DNA of 64,000 nucleotides from Guillardia theta CCMP2712 (taxonomy: Eukaryota; Protista; Cryptophyta), in assembly GCF_000315625.1 (NCBI RefSeq), contig NW_005434622.1, positions 216,430-280,429 on the forward strand, read 5' to 3'. Shown piece after piece: positions 11,067 through 24,600 of the stretch; position 1 is the first letter of the stretch, and each line of letters begins with the position of its first letter. The notes beneath the pieces were generated by a model. That model was given only the letters and a program-made list of their open reading frames with translations, searched no databases and was not told where the DNA came from. The position numbers and the translations under genes were made by a program.

Positions 11067-12361
11067 TTATCTCCGAAATCCTCGCATCGCTGAGCTGCAA
11101 GCCAGGATTCCACCTAGGACGGTCAGGGAAGCGAAGGCCGCAGCCAAGATGCGATCTTGAACGCTGGCACGTCTGAGAGCTTCGTGGTAGGGGATGCGGG
11201 TGAAAGTGACCTGCCGTAAGACTTGAATGGGAGGAAGAGGAAGAAAGGAGGAGGTGAAAGAGAGAAGCTGATAGTACAAGTGGGCCAGCGAAGACGGAGA
11301 GGCGGTACATGCAGAAGAAAGTTGGAGGATGACGAGAGGGAGGAAGTTGATACCATGGTGTAGAGCGGAATCCACTTTCCCGGAAAGATATCTTCAAGCA
11401 ACCAATCTACCTTCTATTCATCATTGTCAGCTTCACCTCACGAGCATCAGGAAAGGGGGCAGGGGAGGGGGGGAGGGGAGGAGGGCAGGGGAGTGATGGG
11501 GGAAGGGGAGGTGAAGAGGGGAAAGGATGAGAGTGCAGGAGCATGCTTGAGTAGATTCGCTCGCCTTCTTCATGATGAACAACTTTGAGTTGGTCTTGCT
11601 CTGCATCTCCTTGTGGTTTTGAATAGAAGCTTGCACCTGCCCCCAGGTGTGAGAGGTGGGAGAGCAGCAGGATGGCAGGATGGCAGGAGGATGGCAGGAG
11701 GAGAGGAGGACAGGTATGGAGGAGGAGAGGAGGAGCAAGGGAGTGAGGGATCGAGCAGGTTGAGGACGATGGCGAGGCCGGAGAGGGATGGAGCAAGTTC
11801 TAGGGCAGGAGTACCAGCCCCCTGCGAGAAGGAACGAGCTCCTTGGACAGGTCAGCGAAGGTAGCGAGGAAGTCCCCCCCTCGCTCCTCGAGCAGCTCAT
11901 CCTGCGACACGTGGTGAGATGGGAAGAAGAGATGGAAGAAAGAGAGAGGAGAGATCATATGCAAGAAAAGAAAACGAATGAGCAGAGGGAGAGGAGTGAA
12001 GAGAGGGGTGCAGGTAGAGTGAGGAAGAGGAGNNNNNNNNNNNNNNNNNNNNNNNNNNNNNNNNNNNNNNNNNNNNNNNNNNNNNNNNNNNNNNNNNNNN
12101 NNNNNNNNNNNNNNNNNNNNNNNNNNNNNNNNCGTGGAGGAGGAGGAGGAGGAGGAGAAGTGAGAGACAGGTGGGATGAGGAGTGCAGAGGAGGGTGATA
12201 GGAGAGCCGGGAGAGAAGGGTGGAGCGTTAAGAGCGAAGGGAGCGAAGGGATTGAGAGGCAGGGGAATGAGAGCAGGAGAGATTGGTGAGGAGAACCTTG
12301 TGATGCCAGGGATCGCAAGTAATGCTCAAGAGGGGACTGAAAGACCAAGTCAATGCCGAGA

Positions 12362-12407
<46 letters not shown>

Positions 12408-15170
12408 CGACGACGACGACGACGACGATGATGACGATGATGATGATGACGATGACGATGATGACAATGATGATGATATGACGATGCTTGTGTCTCTAGT
12501 ATGTGTTTCATCTTTCTAACTCTAACTCTAACTCTAACTCTAACTCTAACTCTAACTCTAACTCTAACTCCATTTTCATCTCCATCTTCCTCCCTACCTC
12601 ATTGGATTGCCGAAGAAGTCCTCGACAAGTGTTGGCATCAGGGCAAAGTTGTCAGCTGAAGCCCAAACGTGAGAAGTAAAAACAATCGCAAACAGAAGCA
12701 AAAGTCAAGAAACGAAAGACAAGTCAGGAAGTTGCACCAAGGTTTCAAATCAGCAAGATCCCACCTGCGACATCCGGAAACCATTCTTGGAAGAAAGCTA
12801 TGCGAAAGATGAATGTCAAGGGGAGGACATGAAAGAAATGAATGAAGACGAGGGAGAGCAGAGGACACGAGGAGATGACAAGAGAGAAGCGACGGGAGGA
12901 GGGCGTGAGAGGAGGGAGCAGAGGAGAAGGGAGGAGGAGGAGGAGGAGGAGGAGGAGGAGGAGGAGGAGGAAGGAGGAGGACGAGATGGCGAAGTTTGTG
13001 TCGGTTGTCTTACACTTGAGTTGCTCTGGCGTCTTGATCTTCTCGATCTCTTCGAAGGATATGAAGAGAGTGGCTGTGAAAGATTTGTCCGCGTTGGGAA
13101 GAGCTGCAGGTGAAGTCAAACAGACTCCCTCCCCAACCACCCTCGTTCATTTGCAGAGTTTCCTCCCTCCTCCTTCCTCCCTTTCCTCGTCGCTCCTGCA
13201 TCCCTCGTCCCTTCCTCCGCTCTGCTGTTCCCCTTTTCTCTCCACCACCTCCCTGCTCCCTGCTCCCTGCTCCCTGCTCCCTCTCCTTCTGCAACTAGTC
13301 GCTCACCGATCAGCATGAATTCTTCTCTCGGCCAAATGTGCAGAGCCTGCCGGCCCGTCAGACGTCACAAGTCTTGCTGAGCTCAAACCACCCGCGCGTG
13401 CATGGCGAAGTCTCCGGCAGGTGTTGGGGGGATAGTGAGCTCCTGGCAAGAGCAGGTGAGGAGGGAGAGGGAGAGGGAGAGGGAGAGGGAGAGGAAGAGG
13501 AAGAGGGAGAGAGAGCACGAGCACAGGAAGACACACCTTGTACCCTGTTGTGATGTACTCGCGTGAGAAGTTCATGCGCTCTACCCTTGCAAGAGCCTCT
13601 CGCACCTGCGTGAGTAGATGAGCTTGCTGCCTGCAAACGGTCCACCCCTCCTTGATCTCGTCCTCATCTTACAAAAGCTCCTCCCGTCCTCATCCTCCTC
13701 CTCCTCCTTCCTCCCTCCTCTCCTTCTTCATCTCCTCCTCCCCCCTCCTCCTTCGTCTCCTCCTCCCCACCCTCCCTACTCTCCTCCTACCTCTACTCCT
13801 TACTGTCTTCCTCTCCCATGTCCAGATCACTTCCGTCCTTTCCTCCTCCATAAATCGCGTTGTAATCCTCCTGCTCCTCACCTTTGAGAACGCGCCATCG
13901 GCTCCGATGACGCATCTCGCCTTGACCGAGCTCCTGTCGCCCTCCTTGCCCGTCACATTCACCACGTTGGCAGACGAGTCGAAGGATTCGAACTGGAAGC
14001 GCAAGGAAGGTCAGAGGAGCAGCAAAGATTGCAAGTGGTGAGGGAGGGAGGCAGAGGCAGAGAAGGGGCGGAAGAAGGGGAGGAGGTGCGAGGGAGAGTG
14101 CGCTGAATTATTCTTTCAACATGAAGAGAGAAATAGACAAGAACAAACGCAAGAGACGAACAGAAGGAGATGAGGAGAGACGAACTTTCACCTTCTTCTC
14201 GAACTCTACCGACACGTTGGGCATCCCTTCGATCTCCTCTAGCAGCGCAAAGTTGAGGTCCTCCCGGGAGATGGAGAAAATGGCGTGACCGGGCCTGTCA
14301 GGCAGTGAGGGAGGAGAAGGAGGATATCGGGGATACAAGGAAACGATGGTCGAGGGGAGGGCGAAGAGACCAGGTGGGATCATGGACGAGAACAAAAGGA
14401 GGGGAAGGATGGGAGAAATAAACTGCGAGAAAAGAGCCAGACAGCAGAGGCTTGCGACTGAGACACTGGATGGACGCAGGCAGGAAGGAATAGGAGGGAG
14501 GTAAGGGAGAAGGGAGGGAGCGAGGGAGCGAGGCAGGGAGAGGAGGGAGGGAGGCAGGGAGAGGAGGGAGGGAGAGAAGGAGGAAGAGAGGGAGGAAGAG
14601 AGGGAGCGAGGCAGGGAGGGAGGGAGAGAGGGAGGGAGAGAGGGAGGGAGAGAGGGAGGGAGACAAGACAAGCGTGACGCTGGCCACGAGGAAGAGCTAC
14701 CTGTGGTCGTAAGGCTGCAACACGCTCTTGTTCTTGTCAGCTTCTCCAGGAGGATGTATCATCCTTCCTTCCATCGCGATCGCCTGCTCCATCACCTTCC
14801 CTTCCATCCCGATCTTCCTCAGCGCACAGAGGCCGCGGTGGGACAGCGCCAGGTTGATAGACCTCTTGGTGGTGTTGCACAGCATGCCATGAAGGCCGTT
14901 TACATCTGCATCGTCCACATCACCTCCCCTCCCAGGAGCAGCAGGAGTAGCAGGAGCAGCAGGAGCAGCAGGAGCAGCAGGAGCAGCAGGAGCAGCAGGA
15001 GCAGCAGGAGCAGGAACCAAGCTCTCACCCTGCTGCGAAGACCTTCGAGGGTCCTGTCGCCCCTCATACAGCTGCACTCGGCATCCTCGTCTCCCCATGA
15101 GGATCGCTGCCATGGACCCCACAAGCCCCGCCCCGATGATCACCACAGGCTCTTGATTCGTTTCCGCCAT
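11067..15170 (-). CDS. KMO: Kynurenine 3-monooxygenase (FAD-dependent), multi-exon, spans the assembly gap
   Basis: Motifs: VVIIGAGLVGS (FAD dinucleotide motif), RSINLALSHRG, MEGRMIH, SISREDLN, IGADGAFSKVR, YITTGYKEL, LHIWPR.EFMLIALPNADKSFTATLF, FPGKWIPLYTMVTFTRIPYHEA. A C-terminal TM anchor follows. Confidence 0.93.
12033..12132. other. Assembly gap (100 N) inside KMO
   Basis: Run of N flanked by purine-rich microsatellite. Confidence 0.99.
12361..12480 (+). repeat. (GAT/GAC)n microsatellite, intronic in KMO
   Basis: Trinucleotide run. Confidence 0.95.
12515..12570 (+). repeat. (TCTAAC)9 microsatellite, i.e. (TTAGAG)n on the minus strand
   Basis: Perfect hexamer run. Confidence 0.95.
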
Positions 15171-15699
15171 GTTGTCGATGCTGCTCTAGCGTCAAGTTTC
15201 TTTGTTATCTCCAGCTCCCCCACCTGCTCCCATCGCTCGCACTCCCTCATCCTTCCTCTTCCCTTCCCGTCTCCTCCCCCTTGTCGCCCACACTGCTGAA
15301 CTACAATTCGCTGGCGTGCTTCCTTCCTAACTTTCCCATCACGACCCATAGTCTCAATCTCCTCGGTGCTTCTCATGTTTCACGTCTTTCTACTTTCTAG
15401 AGCACGATACCACTTCTCCTCCCTCCCTCCACCAGCCGTGCCCTCCATCTCCCCTTCTCCTCACTGTCGTGCTGTTCCTGTAACGAGGTTCTTCTCTTCG
15501 TGTTTCCTCCATACTCCGTCCAACCTCATGAGCCACATTGCTCCACTCCACACCACATGCTTCTAGTCTCTCTTCCTTGTGCTCTCCTCTTCTTCTGCCT
15601 CTCCCTTCCTCTCCTTCTTCTTCTCCTTCCCGCTTCATGTTCGCACGAGTGTTTTGCTTACTTACATCACAAACAAAAAAAAAACTTTCAAGCACAGGT

Positions 15700-17820
15700 T
15701 TTACACAGCCGCCGGCCTTGCCAACGGTTCAACGGTTGCCACTGAACTTTCAGCCCCGGCCGTTGAAGGCCAAGTCACCGTGGCAGTGCGCCTCAGCCGA
15801 GTCACTGGGCAGGCCGGGCACGCCGCCGCCCCGGCCCGGGCCTGTACTACCGTGCCGGTACTCCGGGGGTGACGGTACCCGGTACTATTACCGTACCGCG
15901 AGCCCTAGGCTGAGTCAGTGGTCGGGCCGCAAAGCCGCCGGGGAGGGACTGTCGCCACAGGCCCGGGGCCATCCCGGCGGCCATGATCCGGCGAGCCTGA
16001 AGACTCAGTGACTCGGAAAGTCATAGTGATCACTACACTGTGACACGGCCGCCCCGCGGCCGCCGGCCCGGTGTACTCGATGAGGCTCTCCTACTACCGG
16101 AACTTCGGAATGTGACGCGGCCCGCGATGATGGCAGCGAAGCCTGGGACAGGGAGGCCTTGAGTGAGCTGACGAACAATCCTGGACCGGAGTAGTCACGC
16201 GGCCGGGCCCGGCCTGGCCGCCGGGTCGGGCCCAGTGCCGCTGCCCAGTGAGAGTCGGACTGAGGCTCAGGCCCGAGGCTGTGAGGGGCGATGCAATGAG
16301 GCGGGCTTGCCCTCATCATCCAGTAGCGCCGGTACGGTTCGGACGGTTACCAGAAAGCCCGCGGGCCCTGTCGTAAAGATCTCCTTTAAAACCCGAGTTA
16401 TAGTTTTTAAAAGAATTGGGAGGCAAAAAAAAAAAGCCATCGGTAATGGAGCAAGGAGGCGGGGCTGTAGGGGGCTGCAGTACCGCTAGTACCCCTGGCC
16501 TCCTCCTACATATCCAACTTATAGATGGGTGGGGTACATTCCTTATCAAAAAAACTGCTTCCACATCTGGAAGCAGACTCAAGCTTTTTTTCCGGCCCTA
16601 ACCACCCCTCCCATGAACAATACTACCCTACCTCCCATGTCCTAGCTCAAAGTGTTTCTCCCACCCACCCTCGTTTTCATACTATCACCTCAGCCGTTCA
16701 TCACCCCACCCCAGGGATCAATAGACGCCTTCAATACCACCCTCTTGATTTGATACCTTTGCCAGTCCGAATGATCAAAATCACTCTCTCCACCCCTACC
16801 CCTGCTTCTGTGCCTTCCTGCCCCTGCAGAGGGAGGTTGTGCCTGTGGATGCAAGTCACGGGGATACCTCGTGACCCCCAACCTACCCCCGTTTCCAACC
16901 AGAAACCAATGAACAGCAACCACCACCCCACTTTCATCACCACCCCGCCCCCCTTATCTCCGATTCGTTAAAAGTCCCCCGTTATGGGAGGGGTGGGGTA
17001 AAGTACCCACCCATGTGATTTATTGTACTGGTTTAAATTACGACCTGGTCATTGGTCAGCACCCCTCATTTCTCCTCCCCACACCCACCCTTTGATCTCT
17101 GTCAATCAAATGGATCCCTTCAGGGTCTGTACCCCAACCCCTGGTTCACGAACCCACACCCACCCAGACCAGAAGGGTACCACCGGGCTTCTCCCATATT
17201 TTACACTCAGTGGATAGGGGCATTACCCTCAAGGGGTGGGTGGTGCTCCCTTCCTGGTGACTGTCACGATCATGTCAACTCGCCAGAACTATTGTCCACC
17301 CCACCCACCCATAGGGATCCATAGATGTACCCCACCCTCGACCACATACCTACCCCTACCCACTTCAGAATGAAGTCACCCAAGCACGTCCATTGTCTGC
17401 GAAGTCTGCCATGTGGCTGCTTTCTTTCCCTCCACCCCAGTACCCCACCCATTCACATGCAAATTGTATAGCAAATCACCCGGTTGCGCGTTGGGGAACC
17501 TCGTTCCTTCCACAACCTCTTGTACCCCACCCCTCTAGCTCACAATCAATTTCTCCCCACCCACCTATGTACCCATCAACCCCACCTCACTGATGATGTA
17601 CACTATTGGGTACCCCACCCTTAAAAGTTGCCATGGTCCGAACGAGCGTCGTTTGCCTTCTGCTCACGGTGACTCCAGTACCCACCCCCCTAGTAATCTG
17701 TTCACAGATGACACGACCCCCCTGTTCTTGGAGCCGGTTTCTTCAACATTTCTCCCCCACCCTACCCCTAGCACAGTGATATTTGACCCCACCCACCCCA
17801 TCAAGCCCCCCTTCACCGGT
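15700..17820. promoter_or_regulatory. Divergent intergenic region: GC-rich TGAGTC/CCGG block (about 15700-16370) followed by an ACCCC-rich tract (about 16480-17820)
   Basis: Composition is distinct from the genes. The same two-part structure recurs in other 5' intergenic regions. Confidence 0.45.
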
Positions 17821-18046
17821 GCATCCTCCCCTCTGCTCCTTCCCGCTCACCCGCACCCTGCTCGCTCCCCCTCCCCCCCCTTGCTCCTTGGCCGCTATCC
17901 CATAGAAGATCGAGCATTTCCTGTCTCGTCCTCTTTCTATCTCTCCTTCTTCCTAACACTTCCGCATCATCTCTTGTTACTCTCACTCTCACTCGCCCTG
18001 CGCGCCTTGACCTTCTCAATCGAAGTTACTTCGTCGCCTTGCTTTA

Positions 18047-18095
18047 CTTCAACCCTGTTTGAGAGCTGATTGCTTCAACCCTGTTTGAGAGCTGA
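18047..18095 (+). repeat. 23-bp direct repeat CTTCAACCCTGTTTGAGAGCTGA x2
   Basis: Copies at 18047-18069 and 18073-18095. Confidence 0.9.
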
Positions 18096-18633
18096 CTTTG
18101 ATGCAACGATTCTACTTGAATCTTGTTCCCGTGTTTGATCTGTAATTTTTGTTTCAATATTTGATGTTATCTTCTTTATGGGCTTAATTTCTTCCAGGTT
18201 GGCAACCTGATATACCTCATTAGTATCAGTTACACGAGGAGTATCTTCGTTTTAATTTCGACCGAAGCATTCCCTTCCGTGTTTTGTGTATTCTACAAGT
18301 TCTTGGAATATGATATGATTTGGTTTACTTCCGATAATTGACGTTCGATCACTCTTTTTTTGACCTTCACTTGTGATCTGGGTACCCATATTGTCGAAAC
18401 TTTGCCTGTCGCTTTTATTCCGATTCCTTGAGTTATGATCCTTTCTTGAGAAACATGTGTCGGATATTGTCTTAATGCTCTATGTGTTGCTTGTAAACCA
18501 AGACGCTACGATTCTGATTGGACTTGCCAGATCCATCTGTATTCGACATTTTGCGAACCTTAGCAGTCCTTCAAGGCAACAGGGAATTCTTGTATCGTGG
18601 ATCTTAAGCGAAGGGTCCAAAACGCTTCTTTGA

Positions 18634-21600
18634 ATGGAACAACAGCAGGCCTGGGCAAGGCAGTTAGCAGCCGCTCAGTCTGCTTCGAACAGTTCATCGT
18701 TAGGAATGAATCACAACAGTATCTCGGCGAGCTCGCCATTTGCCGGAGCAGGAATCCCCTCGGGCCTCCTTTCAGGAATTAGCACCTCGCTTTCTGGTGG
18801 ACTTGGAGCTGGAATCGGTCTTCAGAATGTTTCTGGGATCCAACAGCAGCTATTCCAGAGCGCCGCTTCTCCAGCCAGTGCCTTCATGCAACAACAAGAC
18901 GCCAACGATTTGGTGGGTTTGCTTGTTTACAGGAATTCATGTGATGCTTATTCTTCTTCAGATGGCTCATTTGAGGCAGTTGAATCCCAACGAGCTTGCA
19001 TCACTCTTGGGCAACGGAGGGATGAATGTGTAAGTTTTGTGTTGAGAGTATCTTTGCTCCCAACCTTACTTGTGCATCGCAGGAATATCAGTGGCCTTCC
19101 TGGTGCAGGTGTGAAGAGGAAATAGAGAAGGTTGGGGTTAGCATAATGTGTTTTCCTTTGAAAAGCAGGGCTTGGCCTCCAGGGTCTGCAAGGATTGCCA
19201 GCTCACCTGCAGGTACACCAATGTTTTTTCTCTGCCTCGCATGGTACAAAATGGTTTACAACCGTGCTTACAGCAAGCGGCATCGTCGCAAGGCTTGTCG
19301 TTGGACTCCTCTGCACTCTATGCGGCAGCTGTTTCAGGTAAACTGACAATTTTTCTTGTTGTCATCGCACTGGTTGAGCTAGATGTCAGGGAGAAATTCA
19401 GCACTAGGTGATCAGGGCTCTCAGCATGTGGCTTCGCAAATGGACCAAGTATGTTCAATCATGCCCGTTCGTATCCGCTTTTTACTTTCCTATTCCTTTG
19501 ATTGAATCAGTTGGAGCAAAAGCAATCCCAACAGGTGACGCTTTCAGTATTGCTGATCTTCGTTGACTGAATGATTCAAGCAGAAGGAGGGAAGCATCAA
19601 ACCTGTCGCACAACCAGCAAGCAAAGTAAAACAGGTCAGTGCGGTCACTTGGTTTGAAGTCAGAGTGAAAGACGCAAAAGGAGCCAAATGCTAATCGCTC
19701 CAAGGAAGTTCCGAAGGATGCGAAGCCGGTATTTGTCGCAGAATTCCGTATAAACGATGATTTTGAGATTCAGTCCCAACCAACCAAGACTCCGACTTCG
19801 CAGGGACAGCTTTTTTCTGCACAGACAGTGCAACCGAATCGAGGTAGATTCTTTGCTTAATTCCAAACATGATGGTGAGGGCTTGATTCGTAGAATCTAT
19901 TTCCGAGTCTTCGATCTTGCAGCAACAGCAGCAGCTTCAACAGTTGCAGGTATTGAAAGTTTGTTTCAAAAATCTTGCTCTGTTTCTTATCGAGTCTTGT
20001 CTAGTTGCAACTTGCCCAGCAGCCACAACTTGCATCTCTCGGAGGTGATTTGTTCACTTTCCGCTGGATCTAGGTGGTCCGTCTAGCTTAATGCGCAACC
20101 AGGTGCCGATGCACTGCAGCATCTTCAACAACTGCAACAACAACTACAACAACAACAACAATTGCTTCTCCTTCAACAACAGGTCAATAGATACTTTTAT
20201 GTTTTCCCAAGTGTCTGTCTGTTTGCTTTCAAATCTCTGCCAATTTATGTGATTTTTTCTTAACGTATTTTCGGTACCAACAGTGGGTGAGTCATGTGGA
20301 CTTGTGGACTTTGCTCGATCTATCTCAGCCTAGTTTCTGAATGGTTCATACTGTGATCTCCAACTGATGAGCTCCACCATCACTAACAGGAGAAGGGTGG
20401 AGATGTTGGCAATGCAGCAGATCTTCACTTGGTATTCCAACTCTTAATGTAATCGGATTTGATACCTGATTTGATTTTTGTTTGATTAGTTGCAACAACA
20501 TTTGCAGCAGCAACTGCAGATGCAGGTACTTTCAATCTGGACAGCTTGACAACCTTGGAGGAGCCGGAATTGATCTCGTTCACTTTAGTTGCAGCAGGGA
20601 GGTTCGCTCTCTCTTGGGGACTTAGGACTGGATCAACATCAGCTGCTTCAGCAGCTGCAACAGGTATAATGCCTACGGATGTTTCACCGTTGTCTTGACA
20701 CTATTCTGGTGCTAGTTGCAAAACATTGGAGCCCAGGAGCAATTTGCTCGAGCCATCCAACAGCAAATCCAGGGACAACTGCAACAGCAGGTATGTGCAC
20801 ACTCGAGTGAAAGCTCGAGCTCTGTTTGAGCATCTGCTTCAGCTTCAGCTTCAACTCCAGCAGCAGCTGCAGGAAGGTCATCCTCATCAACTAGCTCAGC
20901 TGCAGCTGCAGCTGCAACACCTACAGGGAGACGCAGCGAGCAGTGTGGTAACCTAGAACTGCTCTCATCCTTCAAACTCTTAGTTTTCGTTTCCCTCTAA
21001 AGCTCCAGCTCCAGCTCCAGCAGCAGCTCCAGCAGCAGCTCCTGCAGCAGGTAGCACCACAAGGATGCCAAGTGAATGGACTGAAGTTTGAATAGGCTGA
21101 GATGGGAGCCTCCGCCCAGCAGCTCCAGCTCCTGCAGCAACAGGTCAGACTCAGCCCATGCTTGCACTTCGAGTGTTTGACTGACTTGATCGCAGGCACA
21201 GCAGCATCTTCAGGTACTTCCTTCGTTGCCGCAGGATAGAAATGCGACATTGGCATATTTATGATTGCGACAGGATCCATCGGCTCTTGCTGGACTGACT
21301 CAAAGCCAACAGCTGCAACTGCAGCAGGCAATGTACATTATCATTCAGAGGCTGAAGCTGACATGGTCCCACAGCACATGCAGCAGTGGTCTGAGCAGCA
21401 GCGGCTCCAAGGTGGTGCTCAGGTTCACTTCAACTTTCCCCAGGATCCAACAGGGTGCTGACGGACTGTCAGTCACACTTGCAGCAACTGCTCCAATCTC
21501 AGCAGTCAGAGGTGCTGTGACCTTCTGGCTGACCTACTGCTCTGGTTGTGAGCCTATTTCTCTGCCGCAGAACTCGTCTGGGGAGAATGCGAGCAACTCG

Positions 21601-24600
21601 AAGGGACAAGGGTTTCAGGTAAGTCAAAAGCGTGTAAGTGGAGCGATGTCGATGAAAGGAAGTGACAGCATCCGCAGGGCGATGGTCTCAGGAAGCCCGG
21701 CGCGGTGTGGAAAATATTCCCTGTTGTCTTTGCTGTTCGCTGATGCAGTTTTTTTATCCGCATGACAGGCTCAAGGGTCTCAGGTTGTTATCTTTGCGAG
21801 TTCGCCATCATGTTCTCACATGGCCACTGCAGAACGAGCAGAGGAATGTCGCGTCCAACGAACAGACCCAAGTTCTGCAAGCCCTGCAAACTATCCAGCA
21901 GCAGGTGCTTCTTTATCATTCCTGCATCAAAGTCGAGCGATGTTTGACAGGTCCAAGCACTGCAAGCTCAGCAGCAGTTGCAACTGCTGCAAGCGATGCA
22001 GGTAAGGATCGTTTTATCCTTGCTTAATGTCTGACATGCTTTCAAAAGATCCCTGGGGTTACTCAGGATCAAATCCAGCAGATTCAGCTCCTGCATCAGC
22101 AGCAGCTCCAGCAGCAGCTCCAGCAGCAGGTTGATGATTTCTGCCTTGTCTTCCTTTCTCTGATACTTCTCGCAGCAACAACTTCAGCAGCTGCTTCAGC
22201 AGGTAATGGATTCTTCAGATCGTCGTCTCTATTTCCGTGTTGTCTATCTGATGGTTTCCTTTTCGCTCCTTCCCTCTCACTCAACAGCAACAGAGGCAAG
22301 GCCAGGCCGTATCACAAGGCAAGCAGGCTGATGGATCCCATGGTCATGGCTCAGGCATCTCCCTCGGGGCTCGTCGTGAGCAGGTCGGTCAAGAGAGCGT
22401 TGTGATGGCTGAGATGCCGTTAGTGATGGTTGCTGGTACAGGATGATAAGTTGAAACCTATCATCAAGCGTGAAGATCCCGGAAAGGGCCTCTCGGCCGA
22501 CATGTTCAGAAAGGATCAGCGCTTCAAGGACTCGGAGGGTGATGAGCGCGGCCGGGGATTTGCCGCTGAAGAAGGCGCGCTGGCCGCCATGAGCACGGTC
22601 ACTTGTCCACGGTCGACAATGTAGCAGCTCACCTCGGTTGAGTTCAGGTGTTGGAGGAGGCGACGGAATTCCTGAAGCAGCAGAAGAAGAAGCCGATGGA
22701 AGGAGGTACTCAGCGTGCCGCCAATGCGATGGATAAGGATCAGGACGAGTCTGACATGAAGTGGATCTCTGGTGAGACGAGCAACCTTTTCTTGTCCCTG
22801 CTTTCGTTTTGACAGCTGACAGGTGGAGACTTTTCTGGAGCGAAAAAGAATCAGCGCCCGATCCCTCTGAAGCCTGGGGTGGAGAAGAAGGTATGTGCCA
22901 CATTGCAGCTTGAGGTTGCTCACCAAGCTCGCAGGTGTTGGCTGAAAACAACACGTTTTTGAGCGCATTTGGATCTCGCGGACTGCCGTTCCAACTCCCT
23001 TCTACTGAATTCTTGCCGCCCTCATCTTCTGAAGCGCGATCTCTGGCTGTAACGGACAAGGACCTCAAGTACATCGTCCTTGTTTTGATGCAGGAGACGC
23101 TGTACACTGGCATGTTGCAAGATTGGGAGCACCTGCTCGGAGGAGGAGCAAGCTTGAATCTTGTACAAGAGACTCTCAGCATCCTTTCTGTCGCCCAAGA
23201 CTTGTCCCAGTCCGACTTGAAGTCGATCCTCCGAGTCAAAGAGAGAGGGTTGAGCGAAGCCTGGAAGAGAATCTGGGCTACTCTGCATGAGAGTCTGGGC
23301 TGCACTTCTAAGAACCTCCTCGGGTTCGCTCAATCTGCCCTCCGATTGGCTGTCGAGAGGCGATACATCCTGTCTAGCGAGCATCGTGCGCAGGTTCAGT
23401 CTCGGTTGGCTCAGCACATGGGGTCCAAGGCTGGCCAAGTTTTCACACAAGAGTTGGGAGGCGACTGGGCGAAGCTCAGGATGTACCTCTCTCGCTCCCT
23501 GGCGAGCTTAGAGGAGGTGAGTGCATGCGTTCCTTTGTCATCGAGCCCCTCACTTGGTTGGAAGGGCTTCGCTCGGGAGGCAATGAAGCCGGAGCAGGTG
23601 GACAAGGGTCCTGACGAGCCCACTGGCGTCATCAAGTCGTGCATCATCATCGCCAGGTTCCTCGGGGACTCCGGCCAGTTCCGAGAGGCCGACATCCTCT
23701 TCGACCGAGCGCGAATCCTCGCCATCAAGGGAGGAAACAAGCACTTCTGCGCCGAGGTAAGCGATGGTCGACGGCGAGTGTCCCTCCTCTCATGCGCGCT
23801 TCAGGTCTCCTTGTACTGTGCTGAGCTCCTCAACAAGTGGAGCTCCTCCGACCCTGCCTACTCGGTTGACACCATGGCGCGTTCGGCTGAGTACGCAAGC
23901 GAGGCGGCGCAGCTGTACGAGTCCCTCGACATTGTCAACGATATCCCGACTCAAGAGAAATTCAGTCAGGTAAAGGAATTTCCTCTCTTTCCCCCCTCTC
24001 CCCTGTGCTGACGGAGCCCCGCAGGCTCTCTACTGGAAGGGGCTCAACTACTCCACTCTCTGCCGTCTTGGAGGAACTGAACGATCCTCCGCCGAAGTCT
24101 CATGCGCGACTGCCCGCGAGGCCCTCGACAAGTGCCTGAGCGTCCGCAAGGCGATCAAGGCGGCTCCTGCTAAGATCGCGGAGGTTCAGTTCGCTCGTGG
24201 TGTCTTGACCTTCTGCATGGCCGAGGCCCTAGCAGCAGGTGACATGGTCTGCCCTGGGCGCCTCGTGGGCTGATGAATGTATTGCAGGTCACATCTTCAA
24301 GGGAACTCCCAACAAGGACGAGGCAGTCCAGGGCCTCTATGCCGAGGCTCTTCAGCTCTTCCAGGATGTCTACGAGGACTGGAGATCTCGCCTCGGAGAG
24401 ACGTCCTTGGAGACGGTGAAAGCGATCACGATGCTTGGAACGGTGAGCAGCAAGTTGAAGGGGCCGGAGGCTGCCATCGAGTGGTCCAAGAAGGAAGTCC
24501 AGATCCGCGAGGAGGTGCAGGGGAAACTTCACCCCCGCACCCAGCAGGCTCGCAGGAACTACGCCAACCTCTTGGAGCAGCTGTCAGGCAAGGGCGGCTC

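Noticed and set aside
14925-15030. (Ala-Pro-Ala)n insertion in the KMO protein
   Set aside because: It begins with a GTGAG donor on the minus strand, so it is more likely an in-frame microsatellite intron than coding sequence.
18047-18095. CRISPR-like repeat
   Set aside because: Only two copies with a 3-nt spacer, in a eukaryotic context with no cas genes.
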